Assembly: GCA_951406725.2 (NCBI GenBank)
Contig: OX597820.1
Location: 74,028,001-74,092,000 of the forward strand
DNA: 64,000 nt
Direction: 5' to 3'
DNA from: Octopus vulgaris
Taxonomy: Eukaryota
Below the pieces are notes generated by a model, which did not search any database, was not told the origin of the DNA, and saw only the letters and a list, made by a program, of their open reading frames with translations. Made by a program: the position numbers and the translations under genes. How positions within the stretch are numbered: the first letter of the stretch is position 1; every line of letters starts with the position of its first letter. This document shows positions 56,255 through 64,000 of the stretch, piece by piece.

Positions 56255-56980
56255 ATGTTTCTTTATTAGCCACACAGGGCTGCACACAGATAGAACAAAT
56301 TACAAGGTAGAGCTTTTCTTTTGAAGGTTTAAAAAAAAAAAAAAAGGAAGGGGGAGTTTCGATCAAAAGGGATCGTAAAAGGAGAGAAAGAGGACAAAAA
56401 AAGGGGGGTTAAAAAAAAGGGGGAGAGGAAAAAAAAATTGATCAATTGGGATCGTTATCACAGGAATGTCAATATGAAGTGTAAAGGGGAGGACAGGTGA
56501 GGTTTGCCCGTGGAAAGAAAAGCCTACGGAAAAGACCACGGTAACCTCGGTCAATGAAGTCACATTTTATATTTCTTTTTTTTTTTTTTTTTTGCAAATA
56601 AGCAACTCTCTGTTTTCGATTTCTGGGTTCATATGACTATGCTCAAGGTGGCTTCGTCATTCATACGTGCCATTCTTGCTATATTCACCCATCTTTTTTT
56701 AAAACATTCGCTAGACAAAACTTGCCTCTCTACTCTCACTTTCCTTTTCAAGTGGTACTTGAAGAAGTTGATGAGAGATTGACCAGAGAGGAAAGTGTTT
56801 GTCTCCAATCCTTTCAGACGCGTCCACCAGATACATTCTTTCCCCATAGCCACAAGGATGATGAAAATAGCTCTTCCTTCCCGTCTGAAGGAAGGAGGCG
56901 TGACAATATTGACGATAGACTCAGCTGATAAACCGACTCGTCCCACACGTGACAGCAGTTGTTCGACATAAGCCCAGATC
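56255..56980 (-). mobile_element. 5'-truncated L1/Tx1-like LINE (ORF2 C-terminus plus 3' UTR)
   Basis: Open frame IWAYVEQLL...FIILVAMGKECIWWTRLKG...FKKRWV with stop at 56629, resembling the post-zinc-knuckle KxxIWxxR region of L1/Tx1 ORF2. The 3' end ggctaataaagaaaca runs into (TATC)n, and (TATC)n is also at the 5' junction. Confidence 0.7.
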
Positions 56981-56984
56981 GATC

Positions 56985-57040
<56 letters not shown>

Positions 57041-57410
57041 TATAGATAGATAGATAGATAGATGACTGTATTCACACACACACATATATATATACTTATA
57101 TATATATACACGCGCGCGCACACACACATAGAATTACTCTCACTCACCCTTACCGCCAAACACATATAATTGACATTTTTATTGTAAAGTGATATAAGTT
57201 ACCATACACATGTAAACACTACAAGTTGAAAGGGAAATGCTATGACACCAACAGGAATTGAGTCATTACTTCCAGAATTTCATCATTTTGGGTCAGCAAG
57301 AATTACAGAGATTAATTCCACTCAGATTTTATGGCATTTTACTTCTGAATGTTTACATATCAGAACAGATACTACCGTCCTCTCTGACTTTGTCTGCGTG
57401 TCTGTACGAG

Positions 57411-57481
<71 letters not shown>

Positions 57482-57521
57482 ATATATATATATATATATA
57501 TATTTCTTTACTATCCACAAG

Positions 57522-57555
<34 letters not shown>

Positions 57556-57566
57556 TACACACACAC

Positions 57567-57662
<96 letters not shown>

Positions 57663-58100
57663 TTCTGTGCCTGCGTTTGTCAACCCCAACATCACTTGAC
57701 AACCGATGCTGGTGTGTTTACGTCCCCGGCTCGGCAAAAGAGACCGATAGAATAAGTACTGGGCTTACAAAGAATAAATCCTGGGGTCGATTTGCTCGAC
57801 TAAAGGCCGTGCTCCAGCATGGCCGCAGTCAAATGACTGAAACAAGTAAAAGACTAAAGGAGTATAGACAATTTTCTGTTTTAAAACATTGTGTCGTGAT
57901 TGGTTTATGTAAGGTGGCCGAAAACTTTTGGTGGTCATCTTGCATCTTCCCCTCTCATTCAGAACTCCTACAACAAAATATAATGATTATGTAAGGAAAT
58001 GACTCCAGCAGGGCCAATGATTCAAGGCTACCGTCTACAAATACTGACTAGTAAATTAGGTTTTTCAGGGTTGCATCATGGTTATACAGAGATTAAGGAA

Positions 58101-58422
58101 CACACCGTCGGTTACGACGACGAGGGTCCCAGCTGATACGATCAATGGAAGAGCTTGCTCGTGAAATTAACGTGCAAGTGGCTGAGCATTCCACAGACAC
58201 GCGTAGTTCTTAACGTAGTTCTCAGGGAGATCCAGCGTGAGACAGAGTGTGACAAGGCTGGCTCTTTGAAATACAGGTACTACTCATTTTTGCCAGCTGA
58301 GTGGACTGGAGCAACGTGAAATAAAGTGTCTTGCTCAAGGATACAACGCGCTGCCGGGAATTGAACTCACGACCTTACGATCATGAGCCGAATGCCCTAA
58401 CCACTAAGCCACGCGCCTTCAC
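58101..58422 (-). mobile_element. SINE family D, full length (others 48835-48990, 63455-63595(-); tail 1410-1530(-))
   Basis: Head gtgaaggcgcgtggcttagtggttagggcattcggctcatgatc...gagttcaattccc; 3' half shared with family C. Confidence 0.88.
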
Positions 58423-58487
58423 TATACTGATATAATGTAGGATAAATATAATAACAACAATAACTCTGGGGTGCCTAGATTTATATA

Positions 58488-59027
58488 TGGCTGAATCGTT
58501 AGCACGCTGGACGAAATGCTTAGCGGTATTTCGTCTGCCGTTACGTTCTGATTTCAAATTTCGCCGAGGTCGACTTTGCCTTTCATCCTTTCGGGGTCGA
58601 TAAATTAAGTACCAGTTACGCACTGGGGTCCTTGTAATCGACTTAATCCGTTTGTCTGTCCTTGTTTGTCCTCTCTGTATTTAGCCACTTGTGGGTAGTA
58701 AAGAAATAGGTATTTCGTCTGCTGCTACGTTCTGAGTTCAAATTCCGCCGAGGTCGATTTTGCCTTTCATTCTTTCGGGGTCGATAAATTAAGTACCAGT
58801 TGCGTACAGCGGTCGATGTAATCGACTGGTCCCCTCCTCAAAAATTTCGGGCCTTGTCCCTAGAGTAGAAAAGAATCGCTAACACGCTGGATGAAATGCT
58901 TAACAGTCGCCGAGGTCGACTTTACCTTTCATCCTTACGGGGTCGATAAATTAAGTACCAGTTGTGTACTGGAGTTGACGTAATCGACTAACCCTAAATT
59001 TCAGGCCTTGTATTTACAGTAGGAAGA
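58488..59027 (+). mobile_element. SINE family A array (3 units)
   Basis: Same modular order as 55331-55760 plus a third deleted unit. Confidence 0.85.
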
Positions 59028-60053
59028 ATATATCGGTGCATAAATTTATAGATATTCCGTAACAACTTTTGATTACAGAAAAGATTTTTATCATAATGAA
59101 TTACTTCGAGTTCTACCAGTTGTTTACAAATGTACAATTCCAGGCATCACTAAATGTGTGTGCGCGCGCGTATGATTAAAATAGCTTGCTTTGTAACCAT
59201 ACGGTTTCGGGTTCAGCCCCACTCCGCGGTACTTTGGAAAACTGTATTCTACTATAACACCGGTCGACTGTGTCTTGGGAGTAAATTAAGAAAGCCTGTC
59301 GTATGTATATATAATTATGGTTTCCGATTCTACCACAGGGGCAGCAGTTGTGTGGGAGGGTACAAGTCGATTACATCGACGCCAGTGTGTAACTGGTTCT
59401 TAATTTATCGACCTCGAAAGGATGAAAAGCAAAGTCGACCTCGGCGGAATTTGAACTCAGAACGCAGCGGTGGGCGAAATACTGCTAAGCATTTCGTCCA
59501 ACGTGCTAACGATTCTGCCAATTCGCCACATTACCACTATAAATATGTAAATTCATAAAGCGCTGCATTTCCATGGCTACTGCTTTTGTTGTCATCAGTA
59601 TTGCTGCTGCTGCTGCTGCTGCTGCCGCCGTTGCTAATAACTGAACCGATTTATTTCGGCACGCGCTTGATAGAAGCTCACCCACCCTCTAACCCCTACC
59701 AGTTAACTACGAGCAATTGAAATATTGCTTGAAGTGAGATATTATCGTTACTGAAACAGGAAGCCACGTGATACTATGACGACATACAACGGATGTCCAT
59801 CGCCATATTTGACACTTACCTTGTTCTTCTTTAAAAGTAGTTTTTACTTCCCGCGTACACATTCACATTTTTGCTTCGGAGTAAAAGAGAATACCTAGAC
59901 ACTTACTCTGCTAGAAAACAGAATAGCAAGACCAGTCGTCTTGTAATGTGGCAAGCTAATGAATATTAATTAATATAACAACTGTGTTTAGGAGAAACAT
60001 TTTTTTATGTTAATGATCTTTTTTACCCTAATTGCCTAATGATTAAGGTCGAA

Positions 60054-60071
60054 CTCTCTCCTCCTACCCTT

Positions 60072-60102
<31 letters not shown>

Positions 60103-60381
60103 TTCTTTCTCTCTCCCCCTTCTCTCTCTCCCGCCCTTTCTCTCTCTCTCTTCTCTATTTCCCCTTCTCTTTCCTCTCTCTCGCCCTCTCTCTCTCCTAT
60201 TCTCCCCTCCCCTTTCTCTCTCTTTCTCTTTCTCTGTTCCACTCTCTCCTCTCTGCCCTCTATCCTTTCTATCTTCCCCTCTCTCACTCTCCCCCTACCA
60301 TTTCTCTCTCTCTTTCCCATCTCTCTCTGTGTCTCTCTCTTTCCCTCTCCTCCCTCTCTCCCCATTCTCCCTTCCCTCCCC
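60054..60381. repeat. CT-rich polypyrimidine tract
   Basis: Directly visible. Confidence 0.9.
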
Positions 60382-61110
60382 TAACACATCATTATGGTGA
60401 CTTTGTTGGAGGAATTAGCTCCAAAGCGCTGTCGTGAAAAATCTCATCAAAAGATGCACATTGTGCCCCAGATCAAAGGATCGAAAGACAACGAATAGCT
60501 GTCAGAAGTGTTTGAAACCCATATGCTTGGATCATTCATAGTTTTTGTTCACCGCTATGGTGAAGGGGTCGAGGACGAGAACGGAAGCAGTAACAACGAC
60601 TAGATACTAAACACCAAATGTCGTTTTGTTTGCCTGCCTCAATAGATTTTCCATTTTTTTTCAATCATCCAATACATGAAATTTTCATACTGTATGATTA
60701 AAATGTCTTGAAGAACAAATTGTACAGAAACTCTTGATAAATAATTGTAAAATACCAGGGGTAAATCCCACTAACGGTGTCTTAATATTCAACCGGACCA
60801 ACAGAGGGCTAAATCACTTCCTGCTCTCCCACCATTGAAATGTCTTTATTTTTTTCCCCTAGTGGCGGCGATATCTCCTATCATTGTCCAATGTATTCAT
60901 ACTTGTTGTTCAAATAAGTTGTTCAAATTTTGCCGAGGTCGACTTAGCCTTTCATCCTTTCGAGGTCGATAGAATAAGTACCAGTTAAACACTGGGGTCG
61001 ATACAATCGACTTAAACCCTTCCCTAAAAAATTTCTGGCCCTGTGCCAAAATTTGAAACCATTTGAAATCATTATTCTTAAATGAGCTTTTTCTTTCTCT
61101 CTTTTTAAAG

Positions 61111-62329
61111 ATGTCATTCGTCTGTCTGTCTACGGTGAAATTCGACACCCAGTATTTGATTCGGAGCTGGCACGTGAGCAAAGCTATTCTAGTCTTCAGC
61201 TACCATCTAAACCAAAAGACGTTAGCGCTGGATATCTAACACAAATTGACGCATCAAGTTTTCGGAGAGCTCCCCGACTGCAAGATCTAGCTCTGGTAGG
61301 AAATAGAATCCGGTTCCTCAGTCCACATTTGTTTCAAAACATTACCGAATTAATCAATCTCAACTTACGAAAGAACAATATCCAATATTTATCCAGTGCA
61401 GCATTACAAGGTCTTCCAAATTTACAAGAAATTCGTCTTTCTAATAACAAAATTGCTTATATCAATGGGAGATTCTTTCAATGGACACGAAAAATAGTCG
61501 AAATCTATCTGGACACTAATCGAATAAGTAGAATATATAGCGGTTTATTTAATTCTTTGCGGTTTTTGGAAGTGGTTGATCTGTCGCGGAATAATCTAAA
61601 TGATATGCCAAGGAACGTGTTTTACCAAAACAGTAAATTGAAGGTCATTCGTTTGGATAACAATCGTTTAAAATTATTGCGGCCTGAATGGTTCCGAAAC
61701 TTGCAGAATCTAGAGGTCCTTTCATTGAAGGGTAATCGTTTTTGGGTTCTACCAAATGATATGATTTCGAGACCGAATGCCTTACGTGAGCTCTACTTGT
61801 CTCATAATTTCTTATCGAATTTGAACAAAACTTTCTTTGATAACTTAGAGCACTTGGAAACGATTGATCTTTACAGTAATAAGATTACCAAATTACCATT
61901 CCGCTGTTTTGATCGCCAGTATAAACTGAAGAACCTGAATCTAGCAGACAATTTCATATCGAATTTAGACTCAATGCCGTTTTATAGAGTATCCACGCTT
62001 GAAGAACTCAATCTCTCTTTAAACTGGCTCGAAAATATCTCAAAAGGTCTGTTTTCTTCGACCATCTCTCTGCTGAGGATTAATCTCAGCTTTAACAAGT
62101 TGTCTGCGATTTACAACGATAGTTTTTTAGGCTTAACTCACATGAGGGAACTGAATTTAGCCAATAATTCTATAAGACATCTTGATGCCAGGGCCTTCAG
62201 CGTAGGAAAGTTGAACCAGCTTTCTCAACTGACATGGTTGAATCTCCAGTTTAACCAAATCGGAGAGATTTTACCTCAAGTCTTCCATGAGTCACCACAT
62301 TTGAAATTTCTCAACATCGGACACAACAG
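61111..62329 (+). CDS. Internal coding exon with about 16 typical-class 24-aa LRRs (Toll/slit/ALS/chaoptin-like ectodomain); gene continues past the window
   Basis: The frame is open from the acceptor at 61110 (DVIRLSVYG...RLQDLALVGNRIRFLSPHLF) into the listed 338-aa ORF, with repeated LxxLxLxxNxIxxLxxxxF and several NxS/T sequons. It ends at the donor AG|GTTAGT (GT 62330-62331, phase 2) just after the conserved Asn of an LRR. No LRRCT, TM or TIR domain lies in the window. Confidence 0.93.
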
Positions 62330-64000
62330 GTTAGTGACTATTTAGAGTAGTGCTTCGCAAGCTTTTCCTGTCAACGTCCCAAAACTTTATTGGCTCCCAA
62401 ACGACCATTTCCACATTTTCATGTCTATTCTTTTCAAAACTGTTGCTTAGTCTAGCAGTGTGCATGACTTGACAGATAATAACTCTTTCTACTATAGGTA
62501 CAAGGTCTGAAATTTTGTGGAAGAGGACTAATGGACCCCGAAAGGATAAAAAACAAAGTGGACCTGGAGGAAGTTTGAACTCGGAACGTAAAAATCAGGA
62601 AAATGCCGTTAAGCATTTTGTCTACAGTGCTAACGATTCCGTCAGCTCGCCACTTTTTTTTCAAGAGAAAACAATTATATTATTAAGTTCAAAACTGAAT
62701 CAATTTTTTTAAATATATAATTTCTATTGTTTACTTAATCAAACAATTATCTTTACAATAAGTGAATCATACAACATAATCCTAAAATAACTCAGTAAGA
62801 AATAATATTTCGAAACTTCGTGAGTTTTCTATTCCGCAAATGAGCTAAAAGTGTCGGAACATCTACAGATTTTCTTAGGTTTCAAATATATTCATTCTTA
62901 TTTGTCCTTGCTCTAAATTCCTTTTACGTTGTTGAAACCAAAGTCAAAAAAAGGAAATATTTAGCAGCCGGAAGATTGCAATTCTAATTTACATTCGAAT
63001 CAGTCTTTCTTCCGGTATAAACAATGTTTTTTAACACTTCATAGTCAATCGAATGTAATTTGTTGAGTTAGGTGAAGGTGGTGTACAGGGTGATAACTTA
63101 TAGATGAAGTAGAAACCATTGTTAGAGAAGAAACAAAGATAGTGAACGGACATTATTCAGTAACGGATAATTATTGGAAGAATGGTGAATTGGAAAAGGT
63201 TGTCGGTCAAGCAATATAAAAATCAATATCACCATCGTATTTCGACGTGGTTGAATATCCAACCCCAACCAGTCGGGGTGAATAGTATGATGTACTATTC
63301 ATCCTTTCAATCGGTGAATGCAAAAACGTGTCTCGCGAGGCCGCTGTTCGGGAGATTTTCCTGAGTCACCATCTCACCTTATAACTTCCTTTCCTGGATT
63401 CTGTGGTGCATATATTCCCTTTCCCCACCGGACTGGATGGCCGACCATTGTCGGATTACTCATTTTTGATAGCTGAGAGGACTGGAGCAATCTGAAATGT
63501 AGTGTTTTGCTCAAAAACACAACGCATCACCCAATCCAGGAATCGAAACCGCAACCTTGCAATCATGAGTCGAACACCCTAACCACTAAGCCACAATAAC
63601 AATTTTGGTAAAGACGGTAGAATGTTTGACCAATTAACACCAATGTCGATTTGGAGAAGATGTTAGCAATGTTATTTAAAAAATATATCGTGTTATTGAA
63701 GCCACAATAAATGGTAGCATGACTGTACATGGCAGTAAGCTGGTAACGTTGTTAGCGTGTAGAACAAAATGCTTAGCGGCATTTCTTCCAGCTCTTTACG
63801 TTCTGAGTTCAAATCCTGTCGAGGTCAACTTTATCTTTCATCGCTTTGGGGTTGACAGAATATAGTACTAACCAAGTACTGGGGTCGAGGCAATCGATTT
63901 GTCCTCTTTGACTCGAAAATGGCTGACATTGAACCCTGCAACAGACTGGCATCATAACCACCAGTAATGTTATGACTTTGATCACTTATATGCCACAGAA

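Noticed and set aside
60036-60437. Arg/Glu-rich and Leu/Ser-rich ORFs
   Set aside because: CT/GA low-complexity tract.
61329-62345. Stand-alone 338-aa LRR ORF
   Set aside because: The start is an internal TTG (Leu), and the frame is open back to the acceptor at 61110. The last residues and stop lie beyond the donor at 62330. A truncated secreted isoform by intron retention is possible but unsupported.

Overview
Eukaryotic, AT-rich, microsatellite-saturated genomic DNA. The SINE repertoire and (AT)n/(GATA)n/(ACAT)n density point to an Octopus-like cephalopod (inference). Only one host gene is supported: the 5' part of a + strand extracellular leucine-rich-repeat (LRR) protein. Coding exon 1 (13838-14336) carries a signal peptide and an LRRNT cap split by a 115-aa insertion. 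It splices in phase across a 46.8-kb intron to a 1219-bp exon (61111-62329) with about 16 LRRs, and the gene continues beyond the window. The rest is a layered mobile-element landscape: four tRNA-derived SINE families (called A-D here), decayed mariner/Tc1 and hAT elements, and RTE-like LINE scraps. Two components stand out. First, (TA)n-embedded Penelope-like/retrozyme-like elements carry hammerhead ribozyme motifs, one with an intact core at 27212-27296, and one element is a perfect 1.3-unit partial tandem. Second, an L1/Tx1-like LINE has three copies that all sit in (TATC)n, and its 3' tail is shared by a self-multimerising SINE. Almost all other ORFs in the supplied track are microsatellite or SINE translation artefacts.
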